DNA of 64,000 nt from Malacoraja senta (lineage: Eukaryota). The stretch is from assembly GCA_038087875.1 (NCBI GenBank), contig CM075995.1:5706001-5770000 (forward strand). Reading direction: 5' to 3'. The notes under the pieces are model-generated. The model saw only the letters and a program-made list of their open reading frames with translations, did not search any database and was not told the DNA's origin. The translations under genes and the position numbers were made by a program. Shown one piece after another: positions 24,401-35,992 of this stretch. Position 1 is the stretch's first letter; every line of letters starts with the position of its first letter.

Positions 24401-26662
24401 AAAAATAAACAAAACATATCCCGAAGGCTTCTCCCTTGGGCCTCCTCTGGCAGAGAGGAATTCAGCACAAAACAAATAACTCCCCATAACCTCTAATACG
24501 GCTGCCAGTGGTTATGGGGAGAAGGCAGGAGAATACGGTTAGGAGGGAGAGCTAGATCAGCCATGATTGAATGGCAGAGTAGACTTAATGGGCTGATTGG
24601 CCTAATTCTATTCCTATCACTTATAATCATGATCTTATGAAATGCCGCATAGTAATGATGAAGCCAAATGTTATTTTTATTCCCTGCAATATCAGTGCAA
24701 GGATTTGTTTTTAATGTGACATCCACGTCCCTTTAAAGCACTGCCAGCCAGTCACATAAATACCAGCGAGTTTAATCTGTACTACCCTCTGAATCATCTT
24801 GGCTGCCAAATTGCGTAAAAGGCAGGTTGAACACATTATCCATTACTTCTATTTGAGCATAGTCAACACACTCTTACGTGAAACTCCCTGAAAGATACCA
24901 ATGGGCGCAAGAACTCAACTGGTCATGTGTCAGATCAATCGTATGACCTCCTCAACTTGTTCTAATTACCTGAAGGAGTCAGAGGGAATTTTCCAGGGAA
25001 TCTGTTTAACCCTCAAGGTCAAAACTTGATATTTTTCGTCTGAAGACTTAGACGATTTAGTTTAGTTTAGTTTAGAGATACAGCATGGAAACAGGCCCTT
25101 CGGCCCACCTAGTCCACGCCGACCAGCAATCCCCACACACGAACACCATCATTTGCACACTAGGGACAATTTACAATTTTTACCAAAGCCAATTAACCTA
25201 CAAACCTGTACGTCTTTGGATTGTGGGGGGAACCGGATCACCCGGAGAAAACCCACGCGGTCATGGGGAGAACGTACAAACTCTGTCCAGACACCACCCA
25301 TAGGCAGGATCGGACCCGGGTTTCTGGCACTGTGGTATGTAAGGCAGCAACTCTACCAGTGGGCCACCGTTGCGCCCTTTATGTATGTAATTGGAACATA
25401 GAACATTACAGGGCAGGAACGGGCCTTTCGGCCCACTATGTTTGTGCCGAACATGATGCCAAATTAAACTGATCTCATCTGCATGTACATGATCAATCTC
25501 TCTAAATACCCTGCACTTCCATGTGCCTATCCTAAAGCCTCTTAAACACCAATGTCATACAGTATCTGCCTCCTCCACCACCATGCCTAGCAGTGTGTTC
25601 CTGGCCCATTCCACTTTCGGCATTAAAAAAAAACTTGCCCTGCACATCGCCATTAAACTTTCCCCCTTCTCCCTATATAGCCATGCCCTCTAGTATTGGA
25701 CATTTCAACCATGGGAAAATGGTTCTGACTGCCTACCCTATCTATGCCTCTCATAATGTTATATAGGTCTATCAAGTCGCCCCTCAACTTCCTATGTTCC
25801 AAGAGAAAAAAAATGGGATATCCTTCATTCAACTGATGTTTAATTTCAAACATCTGTAGTGAATGAGGCTTAACTCAAGGTTGGCAACAATTAAAAAAGG
25901 CACAATCCATTTGTGTTGCATGGTGCGACGGCGGCACGGTGGCGCAGTGGTAGAGTTGCTGCCTTACAGCGCCAGAGACCTGGGTCCGATCATGACTATT
26001 GATGCTGTCTGTACCACGTTTGTACGTTCTCCCTGTGAGCTGAGTGGGTTTTCTCTGGGTGCTCCGGTTTCATCCCACACTCCAAAGACGTGCAGGTTTG
26101 TAGGTTAATTGGCTTCGGTAAAATTGTAAATTGTCCCTAGTGTGTTGGATAGGTGTATGGGGTGATCGGCTGGTCGGCGGGAACTCAGTGGGCCGAAGGG
26201 CCTGTTTCCCCGCTGTATCTCTGAACTAAAACTAAACTAAAACTAATAGAAATATGTAGGAAGGAACTGCAGATGCTAGTTTTCCCCCCACAATCCAAAG
26301 CTGGAGTAACTCAGCGGGACAGGCAGCATCTCTGGAGAGAAGGGATGGGTGACGTTTTGGGTTGAGACCCTTCTTCAAGAGAGAGTTAGATATAGCTCTT
26401 CGGGCTAACGTAATCAAGAGATATGGGGCAAAAGCAGGAATGGGGTACTGATTTTGAATGATCAGCTGTGATCATACTGAATGGCGGAGCTGGCTCAAAG
26501 GGCCGAATTACTTACTCCTGCACCTATTTTCTATGTTGCTCTGTTTTAGACGTCTGAAGAAGCGTCTCGACCTGAAACGTCACCCATTCCTTCTCTCCAG
26601 AGATGCTGCCTGTCCCACTGAGTTACTCCAGCATTTTGTGTAAAACTAACAGAAGATCTCAC

Positions 26663-26996
26663 ACACTGACCTTTCTGTCCTGGGCCTCCTCCATTGTCAG
26701 AGTGAGGCCCAGTGCAAATTGGAGGAACAGCACCTCATATTTCGCTTTGGTAGCTTACACCCCAGCGGTATGAACATTGACTTCTCTATCTTCAAGTAGC
26801 CCTTGCTTTCCCTCTCCCTTCATCCCTCCCCCTTCCCAGTTCTCCGACCAGTCTTACTATCTCCGACTACATTTTATCTCTGTACCGCCCACTCCCCTGA
26901 CATCAGTCTGAAGAAGGGTCTCGACACGAAACGTCACCCATTCCTTCTCTCCAGAGATGCTGCCTGTCTCGTTGAGTTACTCCAGCAATTTTGTGC
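26663..26996 (+). mobile_element. Penelope-like 3' fragment inserted at the ELMO1 exon-1 donor
   Basis: KLEEQHLIFRFGSLHPSGMNIDFS coding remnant plus pLTR; flanked by duplicated ACAGAAGATCTCAC. Confidence 0.8.
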
Positions 26997-27016
26997 AAAA
27001 CGACAGAAGATCTCAC

Positions 27017-27094
27017 CTGATCGATCTCCATCAACTTGGGGAAGGCTCCAGGCCATTCGATGGCCACCTTCACGATGTCCGACGGGGGTGGCAT
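27017..27094 (-). CDS. ELMO1: ELMO1 coding exon 1 (ATG exon), [26 protein letters not shown]
   Basis: Translation matches the recalled ELMO1 N-terminus ([26 protein letters not shown]). 78 bp of coding sequence, followed by donor CAG|GTGAGA at 27016. Confidence 0.96.
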
Positions 27095-27172
27095 CTTAAT
27101 GATTTAGACGCTCACTGAAGGAAACAGAAGACGTTGCTTCGGTGTGGGAAGCAGCCAGAGTCTCATCCAACC
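27095..27172 (-). other. ELMO1: 5'UTR part of the ELMO1 ATG exon (acceptor at 27173 or 27115)
   Basis: Two good minus-strand acceptors upstream of the ATG: TGTGTCTGTTTCAG and CTTCTGTTTCCTTCAG. Confidence 0.55.
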
Positions 27173-28469
27173 CTGAAACAGACACAAGTGTGAGCAAAGC
27201 ATGAAGCAGATGAAAACTGCCTGAATAAATTCATTGAACCAGACCCCCAGCCACAAGCACCGGTACTCGTAATTACCAGGTACCAATCCAACCTGTGTGG
27301 ACATCATGGACTCCAGAAGCAGGGTTCCCAGAAAATAAGGGACCCCATCCTCAAAATACCTCCAGATTCAGGGACAGTTTCTTCCAAGCTGTTATCAGGC
27401 AACTGAACCATCCTACCAAAAACTGGAGAGCAGCCCTGAGCTACTATCTACCTCATTGGATTATCGTTGATCGGACGTTCCTGGACTTTATCTTGCATTA
27501 AACGTTATTCACATTATTCCCTTTATCAAGTATATTGTACACTGTGGATGGCTTGATTATAATCATGTATTCTTTGCGCTGACTGGTTAGCACACAACAA
27601 AGGCTTTTCACATGTGACAATAAATTAAACTCAATAAACTCAACCCTCTAAGCTCTGATATCCTCCAAAGCTGTGCACCAAGATTTTCCAACTTTACCAC
27701 CTACGAGCGAGTTTTAATAGCTTTTATTACATCGCTGACATTAAGACAGAGCCATAGAGGGTTGAGGCTCTTCAGCCCAACTTGCCCATGCCCAACACGT
27801 CCCATCTATACTAGTCCCACCTGCCTGCATTTCGCCCATATCCCTCTAAACTTTTCCTATCTAAGTACCTGTCCAAATATTATAAATGTTGTTATAATAA
27901 AGTCATAGTCACAGATTCACTTGAAAACTAGAAACCTGACATAATTCTATACAAAAATTAAATCATACAGTAGAAATACTTTATACCTTTCATGTGCTGT
28001 GGAGCAATTGGACATTAGACACTAATGATAATTTGGTGTCATCTGGAAGCAAAGTGCTATTTACCATCCACATTGCTTCAGCTCTACAACCTCCACTGAA
28101 AGCAGCAAGGTCTCAAATCCTGAATAGATTGTCCCCCAGAGTGTTCAATGGGAAATCTCAGCAAGACTGACATGTACTGCTGGACAGTGGGGGAGCACTG
28201 TCGAAGTGATTATTGTACATCTGGCATTGAGTCCAGGATTTATGTTTTTATGTTTTAATGTTAAATTTCTTCTTTAATGTTATGTTGTATTTTTATTAGT
28301 GTGCTGCAAGGACATCTGAATTTCCCTGAAAAGGGGATTAATAAAGTATTTATCTATCTATCTATCTGTCTATCTATCTACTGCCACTTGAACAACTAAC
28401 TGTCCCCAAGCTCCATTCAGAACAACCAGCCTAGGGCAGCGACATTGCTCTGCTGCGTTACCGACTGCA

Positions 28470-30600
28470 GTCATAAGTTCATAGGAGCAGAATTAGGCCA
28501 TTCGGCCCATTAAGTTTTCCCTGCCATTCAATCATGGCTGATGTATCTTCCCCTCTCAACCCCATTCTCTTGCCTGCTCCCCATAATGCCCGACGCCCGG
28601 ACTAACCAAGAATCTATCAATCTCTCTTAAAAATATCCATTGACGGTCTCCACAGCCTTCTGTGGCAAAGAATTCCACAGATTCACCACCCTCCGACTAA
28701 AGAAATTCCTCCTCATCTCCTTTCTAAAGGTACGTCCTTTTATTCTGAGGCCATAACCTCTGGACCTAGATTCTCCCACTAGTGGAATCATCTTCACCAC
28801 ATTCACTCTGTCCAGGCCTTTCACTACTTGGTACGTTTCAATGAGGTCTCCATTCATCCTTCTAAACTCCAACAAGTAGAGGCCCAGTGCCGTCAAAAGT
28901 TCTTCATGTGGTAACCTAAAGCTCAGGCACAACAACAGGCACAACAATGGCCAAAAGTAGTGCTAGTCATTGTCACTTTTTCAATACATTGTTTGGCAAC
29001 AATGAAACTTTACTAAAAAAAAGATACAAAGCGCTGGAGTAACTCAGCAGAACAGGCAGCATCTCTGGAGAACACAAAGATGTGACATTTCAGGTCGTAC
29101 CCGACCCCAAACCTCAGCCATCCCATGTTCTCCTGAGATGCTGCCTGACCTGCTGAGTTATTCCAGCACGTTGTGTCTTTTGGCAAGCCAGAATCCGCCA
29201 GAGAAGTGTGTTTGTGTGTGTGTGTGGACAGTTGCGGACAGTGAGGAAGCCTGTCAAAGGATAGAGCGGGATATAGATCAGATACAGAAATGGGTGGAGA
29301 AATGGCAGATGGAATAGTAATTCCGAGCATGTGTAAGGTGTTGCATTTTGGGAAGACAAATGCAAGTGAAAAGTACACAGTTAATGGCAAGAGCCTTAAC
29401 AGCATTGATTTACAGAGGGATCTTGGGGTCCATGTCCATGACTCCCTGACAGTAGCAACACAAGTAGATAGAGTGGTAAAAAAAAGGCTTATGGTATGCC
29501 TGCCTTCATTGGTCAGGGAATTGAATACAAGAATCAGGAAGTTGTGTTGCAGCTTATCAAACTTTGGTTGGACTGCATTTTGTGTATTGCACAAAAAGAC
29601 ACAAAGTGCTAGAGTAACTCAGCAGATCCGGCAGCATCTCTGGAGAATGTGGATAGGTGATGTTTTGGGTCTAGACATTTCTTGCGACTGGATTTGAGTA
29701 TTGTGTACAGTTTTGTTCACTCTAGGACAGGAGTCCTTACTTACAGGAAGGATGTGGAGACTTTGGAAAGGGTGAAGAAGAGGTTTACTAGAATAGTGCC
29801 TGAGGGTATCTGCTATAAAGAGAGGATGGACAAACTTGGATTATTTTCCCTGGAGAGTCAGAAGATGGTGTCAGGTCGGGGGGAGTTCCTCCCGCCACGG
29901 GTACCATGTAATCCCGTGCTACCTGCTTGGATAGTCGGCGACTAAACCGTCACCCCCACCTAGTTTGGCAGGTGAGGAGGGGGTTGTGGACCAGCAGGAC
30001 CAAAAACAAAACCTGTCAAAGGGCGTATAAGCCATCCGCAGTTCAGTAGAAGTTGCGATCACTGTCGTACACAGCATTGTAAGGAATGATGATAAAGCAC
30101 ACACACCAAAATCCTATACTTCCAGCGGCAGAAGTCCGCAGGAACTGGAGGACAGAGATGTGTGGTGCGTCCGTCACTGTTCCTGTCGGAAACCAGCACC
30201 ACTGCGTCGCTAATGTTTTCAACGATGATGAATGAATTACGATAGTAATATATAGTGATAAAAGGCATAGATAGATGAGACAATCAGAGCAATTTTTGCA
30301 GGGTGGAAATGTCAATGGCGAGAGAGTATAGCTTTAAGGTGAGAGGAGAAAAGTTTAAAGAAGATGTGCGGGGCAATTTTTTTTTTAACACAGTGGTGGG
30401 TGCCTGTAAAATGCTACAAGGGATGGTGCTGGAGGCAGATACAATGTGGCTTATAAGAGACTTTTAGAGCGGCACATATATATGCAGGGCATGGAAAGAT
30501 ATGTATCACGGGGAGGCAGAGGGGATTAGTTTAACGGCATCATTTTCAACACAGGCATTGTGGACCATAGGGCCTGTTCCTGTGCTGTACTGTTCTATGT
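28470..30600. mobile_element. CR1 fragments on both strands with nested Penelope ends and a structured ~370-bp insert
   Basis: ORFs 28627-28947 (-) and 29290-29945 (+) with CKVLHFG, QRDLGV and LERVKKRFTR motifs. Confidence 0.8.
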
Positions 30601-33419
30601 TCTACGTTCTGCGTTCTATATGTTCAAAGCAGCATCGGCAGAAAGAGGGCGGCACGGTGATGCAGCGGTAGAATTGCTGCCCCAGAGACCCGGGTTCGAT
30701 CCGACTACGGGTGCTGTCTGGACGGGGTTTGTACGTTCTCCCCGTGACCGCGTGGGTTTTCTCTGAGATCTTCGATTTCCTCCCACACTCCAAAGAAGTA
30801 CAGGTTCGTAGGTTAATTGGCATGGTCTAAGTGTAAATTGTCCCTAGTGTGTGTAGGATAGTGTAAGTGTGCGGGGATCGCTGGTCACTGTGGACTCAGT
30901 GGGCCGAAGGGCCTGTTTCGGCGCTATATCTCTAAACTAAACTAAAAGAAACAAAGTTGATATTTCAGGGTAAAGACCTGTTTGAACTGGGATAGAAAAA
31001 AATAGTTTTGAGTTGAAAAGGAAGTCCTCAATAGGACAGTAAAAATGCTTTTCATTGGCTGAGGTCGGGGTTGTCAAGGTGATCGATTGCTTGATTTAAT
31101 AGGTTTATAGAGAGCGGGGAAGGGCACATTGATGCTGTGAAGTACAGACGAGAACTGCTGCTGCAGCCAAAAGAAGGTTGGAAATGGCCAGCAGACCACA
31201 GTATCTGGAAAGAGGGAACAACTACAGGGCAGCAGGGTGCCACAGCGCCAGAGACCCAGGTTCAATCCTGACCCTCTATGGAATTTGTACGTTCTCCCCA
31301 TGACCTGCATGGAGTTTCTTCGGGTGCTCCGGTTTCCTCCCACACTCCAAAAAAATACAGGTTTGCAGGCTAATTGGCTCGGTATAATTGTAAATTGTCC
31401 CTAGTGTGCGTAGGATAGTGTTAGTGTGCAGGGATCACTGGTCGGCGTGACTCGGTGGGCCGAAAGGCCTGTTTCCACGCTGTATCTCTATGTTAAATTA
31501 AACTGAGCCACCTTAAGAGATTACTTCACAGCAGAACTGACCAGTTCTGATACAATTCTGATACAATTAGGTCAGTGAATGATCTAGTTTAGTTTAGTTT
31601 AGTTTATTGTCATGTGTAGCGAGGTACAGTGAAAAGCTTTTTGTCTAAAATTGCTGAATTCCACGTCATGTCCAGAAATCTGCAAGCTGGTAGATGGGGT
31701 GTTGTTCCTTTTGATCACATAGGCGTCAATTTCAGCTACCGATTTTTCTATGGCGTATAGACCCCAAAAATGTAGTTTTAGTTTTAGAGACACAGAGCGG
31801 AAACAGGCCCTTCGGCCCACCGAGTCCACACCGACCATCGATCCCCGCACATTAACACTATCCTACACACACTCGGAGAAAACCCATGCGGTCACGGGGA
31901 GAACGTAAAACTCCGTACAGACAGCACCCGTTGTTGGAATCGAACCCGGGTCTCCGGCGTTGCAAGCGCTGTAAGGCAACAACTCTACCGCTGCGCCACC
32001 GTGACCCCATGTAAATGAATATACGAAGTACTACAGTCACACCTATGACTGCACCATGCAGGCAGAAATAAGACAGCATCAATTTCAATGAGTTAATTCA
32101 CCCATTTATCTCCCAGAGCCAGCAGTGTTACCCACAGGAAATCAAATTTGCAGAAAGAGCATTAAATGCAAAGTTCCATCACAACACAAAGTTCACACAA
32201 GGTTTTTCTGCGCCTCGCTTGTTCTCAGCAATGGACTTAAACAACAACCAGAGGCTATAGTTAAGAGCCATTTATATACACCACAAAAAAAATGGCTGCT
32301 TCAGAACAGTTAATCTTCATACAATTCTTCAAAATTATGCAATAACCGAGATAATAAATAGTGAAAGATTGTTTTCACTTGTGGCAAATAATTAACTAGC
32401 TTAGTTATTACCTACTTGACATTTTACTGATGACACTCAAAATGTACTCCTTTAACTGTGAAGCACTTTAGATTACTGGGAACTTGAAAGGGGCTGTATA
32501 AATAGAGAATTTATCTTCTGTCATCTGACCATTGAGAGAGTGGATTGGCAGGTTGGACAAAATGATTTCCCAACAACAAGGTGGGTGGGGGGTTATTTGG
32601 AAGAACAGAATATTTTAACTCCCGTGACTAATCACCAAGTAATTAATCACTGTCTAAAATGGTAAATGGTTATCACTGCAGCGTCAGGCAGCTCTGAAAC
32701 AGCAAACCCGAGGCCTGCGGTTCAAAACCCACCGATGCGAAATCACATGAAAATAATGCTGCACGGCAAAACTATTCATTAATGCCCCCGAATGAAGAAA
32801 ACCAACCATCCCACTGCAGACACATGGAGCTGTAGACGCTGGTTTACACAAAAAAAGGCACAAAGTGTTGGAGTAACTCAGCAGATCATGCAGCAATGGT
32901 TCAATGGTGCATTATTATCATGTGTGATGAATTCTTATTTCCATAGCTCACACATGCAGGCACGATGGTGCAGCGATAGGGTTGCTGCCCACATCGAATG
33001 TGAGTCTCTGGAGCTGTGGGGCAGCACCTCTATCGCTGCGCTGTGAGGCGGCAAAGTGGCACAGCGGTAGAGTTGCTGCCTTACAGCGCCTTAGAACGGC
33101 AGAGACCCGGGCTCAATCCAGACTACGGGTGCTGTCTGTACGGAGTTTGTACGTTCTCCTAGTGACCGCGGAGTTTTCTCCGAGATCTTCGGTTTCATAG
33201 AAACATTTCCTCCCACACTTCAAAGACGTACAGCTTTGTAGGTTAATTGGCTTGGTTTAAATGTAAAGTGTCCAGAGTGTGAGTGGAATAGTGTTAATGT
33301 GCGGGGATTGCTGGAGGGTGCGGACTCAGTGGGCCGAAGGGCCTGATTCTGCGCTGTATCTCTAAACTAAACTGTGCACATTTGTCGAAGACATGGATTG
33401 GCAATGTTTCGGGTCAGGA

Positions 33420-33906
33420 CCCTTCTTCAGTCTGTTAAAGAAGGAACTGCAGATGCTGGAAAATCGAAGGTACACAAAAATGCTGGAGAAACTCAGCGGG
33501 TGCAGCAGCATCTATGGAGCGAAGGAAATAGGTAACGTTTCGGGCCGAAACCCTTCTTCAGACTGATAGGGGGTGGGGAGAAGAAAGGAAAAAAGGAAAA
33601 AGGCGGAGGAGCCCGAGGGCTGGGGGAGGGGAGGAGACAACCAGATGGCTGATGAAGGGGAGGGGACAGCAAGGGCTAGCAGAATTGGGAGAATTCAATG
33701 TTCAAACCCCCAGGATGTAGACTGCCCAAGCGGAATATGAGGTGCATTTCCTCCAATTTACGGTGTTGCTAGCCCTTGCTATCCCCTCCCCTTCATCAGC
33801 CATCTGGTTGTCTCCTCCCCTCCCCCAGCCCTCGGGCTCCTCCTCCGCCTTTTTCCTTTTTTCCTTTCTTCTCCCCACCCCCTATCAGTCTGAAGAAGGG
33901 TTTCGG
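33420..33906. mobile_element. Penelope-like inverted structure with long purine/pyrimidine arms
   Basis: ~33545-33680 is inverted relative to ~33770-33906; includes a GIY-YIG tail remnant and a hammerhead core. Confidence 0.75.
33534..33561 (-). ncRNA. Minimal type I hammerhead ribozyme core
   Basis: CUGAAGA-A-GGGUUUCGGCCC-GAAAC-GUU. Confidence 0.55.
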
Positions 33907-35956
33907 CTTTAAGAGCCCTATATAGCTCTCTCTTGAAAGTATCCAGAGAACCAGCCTCCACCGCCCTCTGAGGCAGAGAATTCCACAGACTCACAACTCT
34001 CTGTGAGAAAAAGTGTTTCCTCGTCTCCGTTCTAAATGGCTTACCCCTTATTCTTAAACTGAGGCCCCTGGTTCTGGACTCCCCCAACATCGGGAGGGGG
34101 GTTGATTGTCAGATGAGTGGATAAAGGAAAGAGATGAAATGAAGACCAAAGGCTGTGAGATAATGAGAGTAGATGCACGGAAATGTGAAGCCAGAATGTG
34201 GGATATAGGTCACAGAAGATAGGGGGAAAGGGGAATAGAGAGCAGGATAGTGGCAGAAAAGGGTAATTCCAGTACGTCAAGAAGTACCTTCATCAACCCT
34301 CGAAGTTGTCATACTTTGGATGGCTCCATACTCTGAACAAACGAGTAGACAGTTACAACTTAAATTTACCACTGTTTGAGTTGACGTAGGTTCAATGCCT
34401 GCCCTCCACTCTGTTCCTTACATATTATTTCTTTCCCTGCTCATGGTCCATTAAACAGATGAAAATGGCTGTGGTCACATACACTGGCGTGGACAATCCA
34501 TACCACAGAAAAGGAGAGATGACTTGCTCCAGAAGCATGGATAGGGGGAAAAAAGATGCCAAATAAAATGATGAATTTTCACCCACAGACTGCTGGAAGT
34601 GACATTGCACATCAATGACGACTAACGGCAATTAATGAACCAACTTTTGCGCAGGGAAAAAACAGCAAATTTCATTGAAGAAAGAAAAGATTGAAAGCTG
34701 CGAAATGTCGAAAATCAGGGACTCCATAAGAAATTCCTCTCTCCTTTCCTATTTCATTTTCTGTACAGAAATAAAGAGTCCCGACCCGAAACATCGGGAC
34801 TCTTTATTTGTTGGCCTTCACAACAAGAAGAGTTGGGTATTGTCCATTGTTTATTGTCTATTACCACCTATCCATTCCCACCACAGATACTGTTTGGCTC
34901 GCTGAGTTGAATCAGCACCTTGTGTTTTGATCCCAATCACATTTCCCGGTTTCCTGGAATATCCTTAAATCCGGCGGTGCAGGAGAGAGTTGGTCACAAT
35001 TTTCACAAAGGACACAAGTAGCCTATGCCCCTCACATCACTAGCTGTTTGCGCCACACACATCCAGCTCTCCAGATGGAGGTGATGCTTGGCGTTGGACG
35101 GCACCCCACGCTGTAAACTCTGCCAGTGGAATACCACAACTGGTCTCCGGTCGGCACTTCAGGAAAAGGTTGGAATGCAGAAATAGAACATCAGCATTCA
35201 GACTATCATGCAATGATTTCTCCCCCCCCCCCCCCCCCTCCCAAAGGTCAGATGGGTCAGACGGTGGATGCCCGAGGCCGCCAACAACAAAGAGGAACCC
35301 GGCGTGGGCAGGGGGCCACCGACAACAAAGAGGGACCACTGGGGACCACATTAAACATGTTGTAAGTTTGACGGTGCCTTACGCGTGGCGACTCTATGCA
35401 CACTTTGTGTGTGGTATGCAATACAAAGAATTTCACTGTGACATGTCATATGTGATTTTAAAAAAAAGTATCATTCATTCATTCATTCAGGAGGACAAAC
35501 ACAGGTTTGTATACCTAACACAAGGGGCTGCATGGTGGCGCAGCGGTAGAGTTGCTGCCTTACAGCGCCAGAGACCCGGGCTCGATCCTGACTACGGGTG
35601 CCATTTGTACGGAGTTTGTAGGTTCTCTCCGAGACTGTGTGGGCTCTCTCCAAGATCTTCGGTTTTCTCCCACACTCCAAAGACATACAGGTTTTTAGGT
35701 TAATTGGCTTGGTATAAGTGTACATTGTCCCTAGTACATTGTCCCCAGACATTAGATTTTATAGCACTGACCGCTAGGCTGTATGGGGATGCTTTGCATT
35801 TTTCATAGTTCATATAGGTCTTTTAAAGTATTTATTGCTTTTGTGTATTGTCCATATTGTATTTTATGTATTTTTTGTCTGCTTTCGTTCTGAATGTTTG
35901 GGTTTGTTGGTTGTTGGCTTCTGGACACCTGAATTTCCCTGAGGGGATCAATAAAA

Positions 35957-35959
<3 letters not shown>

Positions 35960-35992
<33 letters not shown>
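35960..35992 (+). repeat. (ATT)n microsatellite, tail of a small insert within a SINE
   Basis: Read directly from the sequence. Confidence 0.9.
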
